From NCBI RefSeq assembly GCF_009914755.1, contig NC_060947.1: 64,000 bases of DNA; one strand, written 5' to 3'. A program made the translations under genes and the position numbers. Shown piece after piece: positions 37,831-56,789 of this stretch. Below the pieces are notes generated by a model. It was given only the letters and a program-made list of their open reading frames with translations. It ran no database searches and had not been told where the DNA came from. This DNA is from the human T2T-CHM13v2.0 reference genome, Homo sapiens. The first letter of the stretch is position 1. Each line of letters starts with the position of its first letter.

Positions 37831-38708
37831 AAAGACTTTCAAAATAGTAATGGTTGAGCTTGGATGGAACTGATTGAACTCACATCTCCTTTCATCACCC
37901 CTTATTTATTCATGGGAAACAGAAAGCACAGAGAAGGAGAATTCTTTTACTTTAGGTGGAGATGGACTCCAGGTTTTTTGACTCCTAGTCTAGCATCCTC
38001 TATACTTCATGGAAACTGTTTTCTATTTTATTTCTTTTTGCTTCTTTGTAATAATAAAAAATTCTAGTAAATGATTTTTTGGTACATCATGCTATCTTCC
38101 GGGATTAACTCCTCAGAGTCCTCCAAACAATTTGCAAAGTTAATGACTCCTGGGTGTTTATGAGATTATGGTTAAGTGAAGTTAAGCCACAAAAGTCTAT
38201 TAAAAAATAATTTCCAGACTTTTCATATGCAAATTATTCTTGTGGATTTACCTCCCACCCTTGTTTATAGTATGTTGACCATCTTCTTTCTAAGCAAGAT
38301 TCAGGGTCTTATTTCATCATGATTTCACCTGTTGTGATTGGGTTCTGTGTTCTTATGTTTGTTCTGCCCAGCAGTATAGGTTTAAAAAAGAAAAAAATAA
38401 TAATAATCTTGGAGCCTGAGGAAAGTGTTCTCTTCACTGATGGAAGATTGCTCTCTGTTTGCCTGTCAGCTCTTTGTTCTGGTTACTTATTCTTTCTAAC
38501 ATGCTTGGCTGCACAAATCACAAAATAGAGGGATAAAAAGATCTTTTGGAATCTGTATTTGCTATGTTGCAAGCTCAGTTACCATATGGAACACAAAAGC
38601 CCAGAACCTTAAGTATGAAACAGCATTTTGTTGTTTTGCTTTCTTCCTTACCATTTTAGCAATGTGTCTTTTATCACTACGGAAGTGAAGTCTTTACTGA
38701 AGAAATTA

Positions 38709-38710
<2 letters not shown>

Positions 38711-38740
<30 letters not shown>
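38711..38740. repeat. (TG)15 microsatellite
   Basis: Directly visible. Confidence 0.95.
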
Positions 38741-38741
<1 letters not shown>

Positions 38742-39069
38742 ACTTGCCCCCGTGTATTGTGTATGAAGTGAGTGATGGGGGGGGGCACCAAAATTGTTAT
38801 AAGAAGCAACATTTTATGCCGTAGGCAAAGATGGTACTTTAGGCATTGTAAATAATCAGATATTTCTTGTGAGCCTTCTGAATATTGCTCAGGAATTGAT
38901 TACTCAAGCATATCCATTATTCTTCTTCTATGTTGTCAGAATAAATGTTTATTATAGCATTACTTAAAAGGTTTTGGATAATGAGAATTGGCTGCAAGGT
39001 AGATGAAAGATGAGACAAATAGTCAAGTGAGCCTTTTCTTCATTCATTTCCTCATTCACTTTTCACACA

Positions 39070-39379
39070 ATTTTTTTAATCTATATATATTTTTTATTAT
39101 ACTTTAAGTTCTAGGGTACATGTGCACAACGTGCAGCTTTGTTACATATGTATACATGTGCCCTGTTGGTGTGCTGCACCCATTAACTCGTCATTTACAT
39201 TAGGTATATCTCCTAATGCTATCCCTCCCCCCTCCCCCCACCCCACAACAGGCCCCGGTGTGTGATGTTCCCCTTCCTGTGTCCAAGTGTTCTCATTGTT
39301 CAATTCCCACCTATGAGTGAGAACATGCGGTGTTTGGTTTTTTGTCCTTGCGATAGTTTGCTGAGAATGATGGTTTCCA
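39070..39379 (-). mobile_element. 5'-truncated L1PA4/5-type 3' end
   Basis: ACTTTAAGTTCTAGGGTACATGTGCACAACG...CGTCATTTACATTAGGTATATCTCC; little divergence. Confidence 0.95.
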
Positions 39380-39688
39380 TTTAGTGTCAGAGACTCTGTT
39401 CTGGGCATGAGAATGCAGAGTGAGCAAGACATAGGACTACCCTTATTATGAAGTAAGTATAGGGAGACACATGACAGGGAGACAAAGAGCTGCCTGTTGA
39501 TAGTGACAATTCTATAATTCCTCTGAGCTTTGTAGATGAGGCATCTTCTATGCACTCCACTACATAGACTGAGCTTCATTAGTCCTACGCCTTTTGGGAT
39601 TCCATTGATAAGGCCTCAAGAACTGCAAACCAAATTGGATATTAATGTAGATATATTCTTAGGAAGACACATCTGCTTTTCAGGTTAA

Positions 39689-40008
<320 letters not shown>

Positions 40009-40214
40009 AACATATGTCATTCTTGAATCAGACATTAATGGTCATAAATGTGTCTGGCCGCTGATGAGGACATTGGTATAGGTAACAGAATTTTGAGGAA
40101 ATTTTGTAACTAATACAGTATTTATTTAACCATGAATCTGTTGCCAAAATACCAGAAAATGTAAAATCTTGTGATAGGAAAAAAATTGCAAAAGTAGAGG
40201 ACACTTTGGAGGTA

Positions 40215-40495
40215 AGTTTTACTGATAAGGAAATGGAACCTTAAGAGTTTAAATGATGTTCCCAGGATCACCAGCTGGTAAATACTAGAGTTCCAAACAT
40301 CAACTCATTTAATTCTTTCAACAACCTTTTATTTTAAGTACTACTATTATTTGTATGTTACAAATTGGTGACTGAGGTCCAGAAAAGGTAAGTAACTTGG
40401 CCAGGGCCCTGTGGCTAGTAAGTGTCAGAGCCAGGATTCAGGCCAAGAAGTTTGACTCCAGAGTCGATGCTTTTAACTTTACACCATTCTGTCTC
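40215..40495 (-). mobile_element. MIR fragments
   Basis: ACTGAGGTCCAGAAAAGGTAAGTAACTTGGCCAGGG...GAGCCAGGATTCA. Confidence 0.75.
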
Positions 40496-41269
40496 TTCAG
40501 GAATAGCTGTACTCAGTTTCCAGACTCCACTTCCCTCAACCCCTCCCACTTTTCTTTTCATTCTATTATGGTGCCAAGCACACACATACACACCTGCTAA
40601 AAGACATATATACCCCCCTATAAAACATTTTAAACATAAGCATGTATATGTGTATACATTCTTTGCTTCTCAGTGTGTCTGCGGAATGATGATTGATAAA
40701 TGACTCAAATCAGAAAGCAAAAGAGACTGATTCTGTTTTATCATCAGCCAGAAACAGGAAGCTTCCTTTAGGCATTCTAAGCATAAGGCAAGATGAATGG
40801 GGTGCTAATTAGCTCTTCTAGCTCTATCAGCCTGCTGTCCTTTGTTTGGGGCCAAGAATGAAAGAGGTTAGATTGTGCCTAACAATATGGTCCACTGGCC
40901 TGATTACAAGGCTCCAAGAGGGCTTTTGCAACATGAGCATATGGACGTTTTGCAATATTTACAGGAGGAAATGTATGCTGATCGGCATACAGGCTGCAAA
41001 TGGCTTCCTGTTGTAAGCTTCTTCAATGTATTTCCATAGGTATGGTTGCTCATACTCCACTTGGATATATATTTTTTAATTTGAAGAAAATATCTTACTC
41101 AATTATAACCTGAGCTGTGATTTTTCTAGTGAATTTAAAATAAAATACCATTAATATAGTATAGTACAAAGAATATTGGTCTTAGAGTCGGAACTCATGA
41201 AGTTGGGTCCCATTTTTGCCTTGCACATTAATTACCATTTCTTCATAGCTGGAGAAAATCAAATCATCA

Positions 41270-42500
<1,231 letters not shown>

Positions 42501-42558
42501 CTGCTTCCAATATGCATTTTTTTTGTTTTACTGTGTGTCCACCATTTTTATTTCGAAC

Positions 42559-43069
42559 TGTTGGGAATAACACTCAAAATTCTAAGGAAATCGAACAGTC
42601 GAACAAAGGATTCTTAGCAAAGCCATTTTACTTCTGTGCAGTGAGGTGCCTCCTTGGCCAGTCGCCATGAGAACACACCTGAACAAAGGGGCACCAGAGC
42701 CTTTATTCCTGATGCAAGTCCTGCCCCTGTACCCTTTCCCCATTGGCTGGGGTCGGGTCGTACAATCTAAACTAATCCCGGTTGGCTAAACATTTGATTT
42801 TTTTTTAGACAAGGTGGGCAGGTAAAAGAAAGCAGAGAGGAAAGGGGAAGGGGTGGCTGTAATGAGCTAGAAAGTTAGTCCTCTTTCCAAATAAGGAAAG
42901 GAATGTGAGCTGGTACTGATAACGCCTGGTACTGTGGCGTGCCTGGGCATCTAATAAAGGCAAAAAGGAAATAAGGAGAAAAAAGAAAAAAGAAGGGAGG
43001 AGGGTACTATGAATTAAAGAATAAAAGATTGATCAGGTTATTTGAAGAGAAACTTCATCATATCCCACA
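42559..43069 (-). mobile_element. LTR10-family (HERV-I/HERVIP10-type ERV1) solo LTR
   Basis: TG...CA termini; minus strand starts TGTGGGATATGATGAAGTTTCTCTTCAAATAACCTGATC; AATAAA on minus strand near 42700. Confidence 0.75.
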
Positions 43070-43079
43070 TCATACATAG

Positions 43080-44350
43080 CATTTATCAAAAGCTGATTAG
43101 ACATAGTTTGTGAAGGAATATAGTTGAGGTTTAGATTGGAGGGTGGTTTCCGATCAGATTTTATACGCCTTGAATACTCAGGTTTACAGTCTCTATCTTA
43201 TAGTCATCAAGTACCAGATATAATTTTTAAAGCAGGTTGAATTTATACAAACAGGAACAGAACATGGAAGACAATGGAGGTGAAGTCTGTCAGTTAAAAG
43301 AGTTTGAGTGTTGTAACATCTTAACGTAAGGTGAACATGACCTGAATTAGGTATTTTGTGGGAGTGCAAATGTAATGAACCACAAAAGACATTCCAAAAT
43401 ACTTGACAAGAGTAGGCAAACGGCTGAATAGGAGGGTTAAAAAACAGAGAATTGTACCTCCCCATGGTTTTTAATCCAAATGACTTGGAGGATAAAGTGC
43501 TGCTAATATTGGTAATGAACACATTTCTCTCCAGAGACTGACTGACTCCAAATTTGAAGCCAAATTTACTTTTATGGCTATGCTTAAACTGACATAATGA
43601 TATATTGGTCTGCTTTCTTTTATGAAATCAGCTCTAAAAATAAATATTCTTGTATTCAGACTTTCTGTGTGTTCTGTTTTCATCTTTTTACTGTAGCTAA
43701 AGATCACTTTGTGACTTTTTCTTGTTTTTGGCCAAAGGCTTTTGCAAAAGCAATGAAGTTATGACCTAGTTCTGTGGCAGAACAAGTATGGTCTACAGGG
43801 AAACCTGACTTGGAGCAACAGATGTGGTTTTAGACATGTTGGGTTTAAGGTGGTGTCAAGATATCCTAGTGAAAATGGCAGTTACAGAACTATGGCTCAA
43901 GGTCAAAGAACACTCTGAATGGTGAATGCAGACTGGAAAGTCATTCAACCATGATATAATGGCCTGGAGACACATAGCTAGTAGTGTCCTAAATATTTAG
44001 GCTGGGGTTTACATTTCGCAACTAGCAGATGACATAATAAAGCCAAAGAGAGAGAGAACATGCGAGCAGAAAGGGAAAAAAAAAAGGGAATGAATAGCCA
44101 AGGGACACATTTCGCAAGGCTCAAACAAGTTGACTATACTGAATGTTGGGAGAGCTGTCAAGGGAAGTAAAGACTGAAGATTTTGTAATGATAAGGTTGA
44201 CCTTGAAGAGTATATTTTCCGTGGAGTAGTAGGGGCAGGATTCTTGGAGAAAATTAGATGACTGAATAATGATGAAAAGGAGATAAGCAAAAAAGAAAGG
44301 AGATAAATAGCTTTAGGGAGGTGTTTTCAAGGGAAAGTATTTTTTAATAC
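43080..44350 (-). mobile_element. degenerate L2 fragments
   Basis: TTTAGACATGTTGGGTTTAAGGTGG; GACCTTGAAGAGTATATTTTCCGTGGAGTAG. Confidence 0.6.
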
Positions 44351-44615
44351 CTTTAATAGGTTATTGCTTTATTCAGTGAAAAATATGTGCCTATTGTAAG
44401 ATTTAAAAATACAAAAAGTACAAAGAAGAAAGTAAAAAAACCACATGTAATGCAACAATACAGAAAAATAACCACCCTTATTGTTTTGATAATTTTCATA
44501 CTTGCAGGTTTCAATTAACAGCAACATAAAATTGATTGAAAAGAGTATGTTAGGTTTTTTTTGGAAAATAATTGCTAAACATACAATGTTAATATTTATT
44601 GAAAATACATTTCTT

Positions 44616-44913
<298 letters not shown>

Positions 44914-45004
44914 CTACATTTCTTAATGAGATGGCCCATATTGTTCCTGTTCCCCTCTCATTTACTCCCATTCATTCTTGTAGACATAGATAACTATTAC
45001 TAAT

Positions 45005-45230
45005 TGCTAGAATAAGAGAGGGTCCATTATTAATTCTATTTTGATTTTTTTCTTTGTCAAAAATAGACTTTGTTTCCATGCATATGTATATAGGAATGGA
45101 AGAAGGATTTTTTTTTTTACAGCAATTTCACTCAATTCTTTGAATTCTTCATGAATTACATACCAAAAACTATGTACATGACAATTGCAAGTCATTCAAT
45201 TTTGTTGAAAACTAAGCATTGGAAATTGCT
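45005..45230 (-). mobile_element. hAT (Charlie/Buster) transposase C-terminal relic
   Basis: Translation FW...EEFKELSEIAVK..LLPF.YTY resembles the hAT dimerisation motif. Confidence 0.65.
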
Positions 45231-45304
45231 TGACTTACAAAAGGAGTTGCTATCTAGTCTTTAGAAATTGTTCACCTTGTCAAGTCAATGAGTAATATTC
45301 CTAA

Positions 45305-45720
45305 TGTTAAAAGGTAAACTGAGGCACAATACCATTTTTAAAGAGTTTGAGCAAAAAATATTCCCTGAATTGTACAGCTCCAAACTAGAAGCCATTCGGG
45401 AGCTCCATCAAGGGAAAACAATGGGGAGAATTTTATAAAACAGACACGGAAGTAAAGCAGATGGTGTTTGATTGGTTACAGTTATACAGTTGCCTCATTT
45501 GATCTATCCCATTGGAAAGTCCTAATTCTATAAGTTTGTTAACTGCTTCTGATTGGTTGAGTTTACATTCTGTTTCTCTGTGATATAAACATTGAGAAAT
45601 AGCTCAAGTTAAGTTTTGCTTATGTTTGCAAATCAAACAAGGTTGAAGTCACTTCTGAGGCCTAACTGTGTTTTTCTTCTAAGAGATTCTTCCGGTCTCG
45701 TCTCTATTTTAATTTGGTTC
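45305..45720 (-). mobile_element. ERV1 MER4-group solo LTR (MER57/MER72-like)
   Basis: TGTTAAAAGGTAAACTGAGGCACAA; two GATTGGTT (CCAAT) boxes; CGGAAGTAAAG. Confidence 0.65.
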
Positions 45721-48169
45721 AGCCTTAATCAACCTCTTGTCCTCAATGTGTTTCTTTTTTGTTGTTTTTATTTTTACCTTTTTATTTTAAGATAAAACTC
45801 AGATATGGAAAGCACACGACAAAAGTGTATGGTTTTATTTCCGCCACGCAGATATAAAGCAACAGAATATTGCTACCCAACCTAGTATTCCAACGCAGAT
45901 ACCTTGTCCCAGTCACCATTCCCTTTAGGCCGTTTAACAAAACTAAGACATTTGTCTGTGTTAATAGGAAGCCACTAAGTGGCCAATGAAGAAATGAAGA
46001 CCAAAGACAAACTAAGAAGAAATACATCATATGAATCAAAGTCTTGAAGAAGGCATGAGTGGAAAGAATCAGATAAATTCTACATCATTGACAAGGTTTA
46101 GTCTTAGAAAAAAAGAAATTTCTCTTACCGCAAGTCAGAGAAAAGAGAAGAGACGACAAATTCATTCAACCTATCATTTAACAAAGATTTCTTAAGCCCC
46201 TATTAATTGGCAGTACTGTAGAAAGCACTAGAGAGAGATTTTAAAGAGGAAAATAAACTGTACTCGGGCTCTCCTGCTAGATGGACTTAATCGCTTCGAA
46301 AAAGGAGGAGATGAGGTTGTGGTTCTCAATAAAAGCTGTTTAAGGGATTGTGGATTTGGACATTTGAAGAGTGAGAACGAAATTTCAAAAAGCTACAGTA
46401 GAGAAAGCCCTATGGAATCAATACATTTTCTTTGCAGGACTCTGGAAAGAGGCAAGCCTAGCATTTTGTTTGAAAAGCTAAGCTTGGAATGCTTTTATCA
46501 GACATCACAGTGAATCTAATTGATTCCATTTTTAAAATTGCACCTGCCATTGGAGTTATGCCAAAACACACATACCAAATTAAAGCACAAAAACCAATAA
46601 AACATAACAGGAGCAGAATGCTGCAAACTCAATTGCTTATTAAAAACCTATTAGCTTTAAAATGTTAGCATGTCAGAAAACAGTTTCCTTCTACTAACAT
46701 CAGCTTTGAAGGCCAGCTAATCGGAAATACATAGAATTAGGACAGGCAGTAAATTCAATAAAGTAGACCTTGCAGTAAAATAAACTTTGCTCCAGGCCCA
46801 TGCCGTTGCAATTAGAAAGGCATCATCAGGCACAGGCCTGCAGATCAGAGGTCTTAGTAAGCCAGTGGTCATTCTGGTATTTAGAGTCCGCTTGTTATAA
46901 CTTAAGTCATCTTTTTAAATATCCTATTTGATATAATATTTAATTGTCTCTTTAAGAGTGCTGAAAAAATATCAGGATGCTTGAACACTTTAGAAATAAA
47001 AATATCCAAATGAGCTAGCCAGTGGGACTTCTTTTGTGTTTTTCTTTCTTCCAGCAAGACAGCCTTTTTTTTCTTTCAATTCCTTCCTTCTGTTCTCATA
47101 AATTAATCTGCATTTGTGATTTTGGATTTGTGCAGAGTGGAGTGTGATTACTGAGGTCTTCACCAACATTCAGGCTGACAGAGAACAGTTGAACCAGCTA
47201 TTATCTTTTGTGCTGAGAGATATGTTTATGGTAAATGCTCTTGGCTCTCTGAAAAGTTGGGAGAATAGGCCCTTGAAACTGATGAGGGTGTCAAAATGTT
47301 GCTTTAGATCCCTATAGCTGAGAGAACTGCAAAGGTGACTTGGCGAAGAGTTATTTATAAGATCATTGAATGGAAGATAAAAAGGAAATTATTTTACTTC
47401 AAATATGATATGTTTTGTAATTATTAACTGAATCATAGAATTTGAATTGGAAGCGATTTCATAAGGCAATCAGTCTAGCGATTTCCCAATACTGATTTCT
47501 AGACAGACACAAGACTGGGATAATATTTTCACTAATCCATGGCAGAATTAAAAGAAAAATAAGAAAACAGTATAGACAGGTTTTCAATGAAGCTAGATTT
47601 GTTATTTGATTTTAATCTTAATATTACATTCTTTTTATTTTTAGTCCTAAAATACTCTTTCTTCTTTGAGATGACAGATGTATATGGTGGGATGTATAAA
47701 GTGCTCTTGGTTAGATTAAATGAAACAATCATTGTTCTTTTGGGAACTGGAGTAGGGGTGATGTGAAGCTAGATTAGAAAGTAGGCAGCATTCGGTTTGA
47801 GGACCAGGATCTTGTTGTTCCTGAGCTCTTTTCTTCCTCTACGGTACTCAGTATCCTTATTTTTCTATGCAGTTTACAATTTTCATTTTGTTCCGTACTC
47901 CCTTCTCTCCCAAATAGAAACCAACCTTGAAAAAGAATCAGCTTTCAGCCATTTATCCAACTCAAAGGCAAGGTGAGAGTGAACTGTTGGTGCTAGAAAC
48001 CACAATCCACTGCTCTCAATTTTATTTTCTCATGTACGTTAATCTCTCCCTCTCTGCCAGCTCAGTATACATGTGCGATTGTGATCTAAATTCTTATATC
48101 ACTTTTACAAACTAGAATTCTCCCCGTTGTGTATCCCCCTGCCACCTACCCCCTCATTTGTTTTCTCCA

Positions 48170-49345
48170 CTAAACACACTGTAGCCACTTCCCTCATTTC
48201 TTCCCACTTACTTTTCAGTTCAGTTCAATTTGGTTTTGTTCTCATTCCACTGGAACTGCTTTTATCGAGGTCAGCATTACCATCTGCACTATTAAAACCA
48301 CTGGTTACTTTATCATTTTCCTCTTACTCAAATTCTCGGCATTATTCTGCACATTGGCAACTCTCTGTTCTTCAAACACAGAACTATGCCAAAATTGTCC
48401 TATTTTTGAGCCTTGGCAGCTGTTTTTTTTTTCCCTCTTTTTCAATGCTTGCTCTTTCTGATATATCAAATAAGACTTCCTTGGAGAAAGCTTCACTTAG
48501 TACCCAATATCAATATACAGTAGTTCTGTCCATTACACTAACCATCACTGCTGTCTGTTACTCTCTTGCAGCATCCCAAAATTTCCTTCACAGCATTTAC
48601 AACTGCTTGTGTCTTTTATTTATTATCTGTCTCTCCCTGTACATAAAGCTTTATGAAGTTCAGGGACTATGAATCCCATATTCATTGCTGTACCTCCAGA
48701 ACCCAGCACAGTGCTTGTTGCATAGTAGTTTTTTTAATAAAGACTCGTTGAATAATTTGATGGATAGATGAATGCCAAGAATCCCACAATATTTTTTACT
48801 AGCCCCAACTTGAAAACTCATGCCAAGACTTTTTTACTTTATCTTTGCAATGATTCTCGCATCTGTCTCTTTCTTCCAGTCCTTGCTTCCGCTTTCCTTG
48901 CCCAGGCCACCATCATCTATTAGTTTAACCATTTAATAAAACTCATAACTCACCTTCTGTCTTCTCTTGTTGATCTTCAATCCATCCTATATATTGCAGT
49001 TAGTCTTATACCCTTCCTGAAACTCTGATCTTATTTTCCTATGAAAAACAAAACCAAATAAAACAAACTCCCCTTTGTGTAGACAGTTTGTTCTAAGTTT
49101 TCTATCCTGGCATTCATGGGCCTTGAAGACCTGGCTTTAACTGATACCAGCTATAAGTGATATATAATGTCAGACGCATTTGCCTAGCTCTTTTTTTGTG
49201 TGAACTTCTCTTTCGAAACTTTTATGACTCAGTGTTGTGTTATTACACCATTTAATAGAATGACAACATGTTGAGGGCAGGTACATGGTATGTTTTCTAA
49301 TTTCAGCACTTAGCACAGTTTTTGATACACACAAGCTCTATACAT
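48170..49345 (+). mobile_element. L2 fragments (two 3' ends)
   Basis: CCAGAACCCAGCACAGTGCTTG; CAGCACTTAGCACAGTT...ACTGAATAAAT. Confidence 0.7.
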
Positions 49346-49856
49346 ATTTACTGAATAAATCATTGTGTGACCCTCTTCTTGAAGTTGTACAATCAGTGTC
49401 AAACAGAATATAGAATGTAAAAATGATTAATTGCAAACCCTATCTAGTGTTTGGGTGTAACTAAAAATATTAAGTTCTGTACATTTTGTTTAATGCAACG
49501 GATATGACTTATTAGCTGTGCTAATGTTAAATATTGTTGTGCAACTGATGCCTGCAGTTTCCTGAGCCAAAATAGGAGAAATCTTGTCCTTAGAAATTCT
49601 TTGACTGAAAGGTCATCCAATTAATTACAAGACCCTTAGCAAAAAAACTGCTGATGCATGCGGCCTTTTCCCCAGAAAGATCTGCAAGATATGAAGAGAA
49701 CAATAGCCTCAGGCAGTACACTCAGAAGATGAAAGTGTATGTGAAAAAACCCACTCTGAACATTTCTAGCACAGGCTGGCTGCCTGCAGGTCCTGATATT
49801 GACCCTCAAGCATGCTGCTCAGACTTCCATTGCAGAGGAATTAAAGTGGCCAAATC

Positions 49857-49866
49857 TGTGTGTGTG

Positions 49867-49925
<59 letters not shown>

Positions 49926-49926
49926 T
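49857..49926. repeat. (TG)n-(TA)25-(CA)n microsatellite
   Basis: Pure TA 49871-49920. Confidence 0.95.
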
Positions 49927-50210
49927 CACTTTGTTGCCCAGACTGGACTGGAGTGCAGTGGCTCCATCTCTGTGCACTGCAGCCTCAGCTTCCTGAGCTC
50001 AAGTGATCCTCCCCAGCAGTCCTCTCGCCTTACCTTCCTGAGTAGCTGGGCCCACAGGCACGCACCGCCAGGCCCGGCTAATGTTTGTAGTGTTTGTAGA
50101 GACAGGGTTTCACCATATTTTCAAGCTGGTCTTGAACTCCTCAGTTCAAGTGATCCACCCACCTCGGCCTCCCAGAGCGATGGGATTACAGGCATGAGCC
50201 ACTGCGCCTT
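49927..50210 (-). mobile_element. AluJ-like with small internal duplications
   Basis: GCAGCCTCAGCTTCCTGAGCTCAAGTGATCCTCC. Confidence 0.9.
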
Positions 50211-50248
50211 ACCACATATATTTTTAAATATTTAAAAATACAAATTTT

Positions 50249-50537
<289 letters not shown>

Positions 50538-50639
50538 TTAATAATTTTGACTTGTATCATGCTGCATGAGAACAGTGTAGTATAATTAAGGGCAGATGAG
50601 TAGATAGGAACTTACTTTCATGGATTATTTTTCTTGACA

Positions 50640-50825
50640 TAGAAGCTCTCAATTTTGAATGCGCATTAAAGTTATCTGTCAAGCTTTCCAAAATTCAGAT
50701 GTCCAGGATCCATCGATCCCCATAAATTCTGATTTAATTGGTCTGGGATAGATCTCCCACGTGGTATGCTTTTTGTAAACTCCCCAGGTAAATCTAAGTT
50801 GTTTCTATGGTTGAGAACCGTTTCT
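50640..50825. mobile_element. MER5A-like MITE
   Basis: ATTCTGATTTAATTGGTCTGGG...CTCCCCAGGT...GGTTGAGAACC. Confidence 0.75.
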
Positions 50826-51193
50826 ACTAATTGAAGATTGCCATTCTGCTGTAAGTTATTCAGGAATAAAATAATTGATGTAGTTGTTGAGGGGCTTTGT
50901 GTTTCATTCTAACGTTGATTTTTCTTTCATGAAGCTGTAAGTTTGAGGTTTGAGCACTCCACACTCAACACCTGTAGTGAATGCCAGTGAAACCCTACAG
51001 TCAGAATGTTAATTAGTATTCCATTGGGTACTAGCTGTTCCAGCTATATCTGTTAACAGTTAGAAGAGGGTTGACATGACGTGTATAATTGTAATCAATC
51101 ATGGTCTTGTCTCTGAGTAAACAAAGTGCATGACTGACATTTGAGATAGTTCATGCTTTATCCCTGGCTATCTTCTTATCTTATATTTTCTAC

Positions 51194-52745
<1,552 letters not shown>

Positions 52746-52989
52746 TTAAATCAACTTGCCTGGAATTTAAAGGTTTTCATATGCTAAAGTTCTGGAGGAT
52801 ACAGTGCTTGCATCTTCTAACTATTACTCATACATTTCAGTGTTTAACCAGTCATTGCCCTTCTTTAGGTAACAATGTGAATGCCAAGAAATACAATTCT
52901 CCTTAATAAAATATGAAAATCTTGAGCTGTGATAGTTTGACACAGATAGAATCAGTGTGGCGCTATCTTCTTCTCCAAGATAATTTCTT

Positions 52990-54895
<1,906 letters not shown>

Positions 54896-55364
54896 TCATG
54901 TGGATTCTTTGAGGGTTGGGTTGAAATTTGTTTCTGCCAGATCCTGCTACTCTGGGACAACACACACACAAATTTATGTTTTGAGATTTTCCGTAATACC
55001 CAAGCAATACGGAGATGGCTTGACAATCTGTGATAGCCAGCCTGTGTCATGACTTCTCACGGACACAAATTTTTTTCTGTTTTCCTCCTTGTTCTGCTGA
55101 GCTCCAAGACAACTTCTGCGAAAGTTCCTTGAGTTTGGAAATAGGGACGGGTTTCCTTCTGTTTCACCCTTAACATGAAGATACAGTCCTGTGGAATCCC
55201 AGATCCATCTGGAGAGAGTCGGCTATTAAACTCTTTTCATAAGTACGCCCTGGGCCTTGACTACTGTCTGTCTAGAGATAGGAGGCTGATAGTTCCTTCC
55301 TGGCCCATCAGTTTTGGATACAATTAATGTTTCTTCCATTCAGAATTTTCAATTGTTTGGGAGG

Positions 55365-55721
55365 TGATATGGTTTGGCTGTGTCTCCATTCAAATCTCAA
55401 CTTCAATTGTATCTCCCAGAATTCCTACCATGTTGTGGGAGGGGGACCCAGGGGGAGGTAATTGAATCATGGGGGCTGGTCTTTCTCGTGCTATTCTTGT
55501 GATACTGCATAAGTCTCAGGAGATCTGCTGGGTTTATCAGGGGTTTCCGCTTTTGCTTCTTCCTCATTCCCTCTTGGCACCGCCACGTAAGAAGAGCCTT
55601 TGGTCCTACGCCATGAATCTGAGGCCTCCCCAGCCATGTGGAACTGTAAGTCCAATTAAACCTCCTTTTCTTCCCAGTTTCGGGTATGTCTTTATCAGCA
55701 GCGTGACAATGAACTAATACA
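55365..55721 (+). mobile_element. THE1A-type MaLR solo LTR
   Basis: TGATATGGTTTGGCTGTGTC...GGTTTCCGCTTTTGCTTCTTCCTCATT...CTAATACA. Confidence 0.92.
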
Positions 55722-55780
55722 GGTTGGTCCAAATAACCTTGGCTTCCGTTATAGAACGTGGACATTGGTGAAATTTTTAA

Positions 55781-56158
<378 letters not shown>

Positions 56159-56494
56159 CTCATAGGGTACTTTTTATTTATTTGTGCCTGCCCTGTTTTG
56201 AGCACCTTTTTGATTGAAAAAAGGCTTTTCTGGGCCAAATAATTCCCATCTATCTATCTACGGAAAGTGCATGGGAAGAGTTTGGGGATGGTAGGAATTT
56301 TCCTTAATATTCAGAATTTTGCACGTGTGTGCATGTATGTGTATGTGTGTTGATGTGTGTATGAGTGTATTTTTTTTTTCTTTTGAAGCTTCATTTTCCC
56401 CTATGTCAATAAAGACATTGGCTGCTCTAGGGATATTTACAACGCAGAGTATTTGTCCTTTTCTTTTCATTCTAAGAATGAGTGCAAGAACGGG

Positions 56495-56775
56495 TGCAGG
56501 AAGTTCGAGAGGTGGTCATTAGTCTTCCGAGTATGGGAGCAGGGAGAGTAAGACAGAGAAGAAAAGTGAATGGAGGGTGCATTACTGAGCTTGTTGTTGG
56601 TGTGGGCGACTGAGACTGAGTCTCACTGGGAATCTTTAAAGGAATTGTGTAGGGCATACCTCAGAATTGTCCCTCTGAAAGATAAGGTGGCTGGGGCAAT
56701 TACCTTCTTACTCCCTCCCACCATCCTTGGAAGTTGGGTGCTCGGGACATTAATTCTGCAACATTTGTAAGCTGC
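56495..56775 (-). mobile_element. LTR16-like ERVL fragment
   Basis: GGGTGCATTACTGAGC...GGGCGACTGAG...CCTCAGAATTGTCCC. Confidence 0.6.
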
Positions 56776-56789
56776 AGCTGAGCACCAGA

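Noticed and set aside
48127-48672. 181-aa hydrophobic ORF
   Set aside because: Pyrimidine-rich L2 relic, non-ATG start, composition-driven
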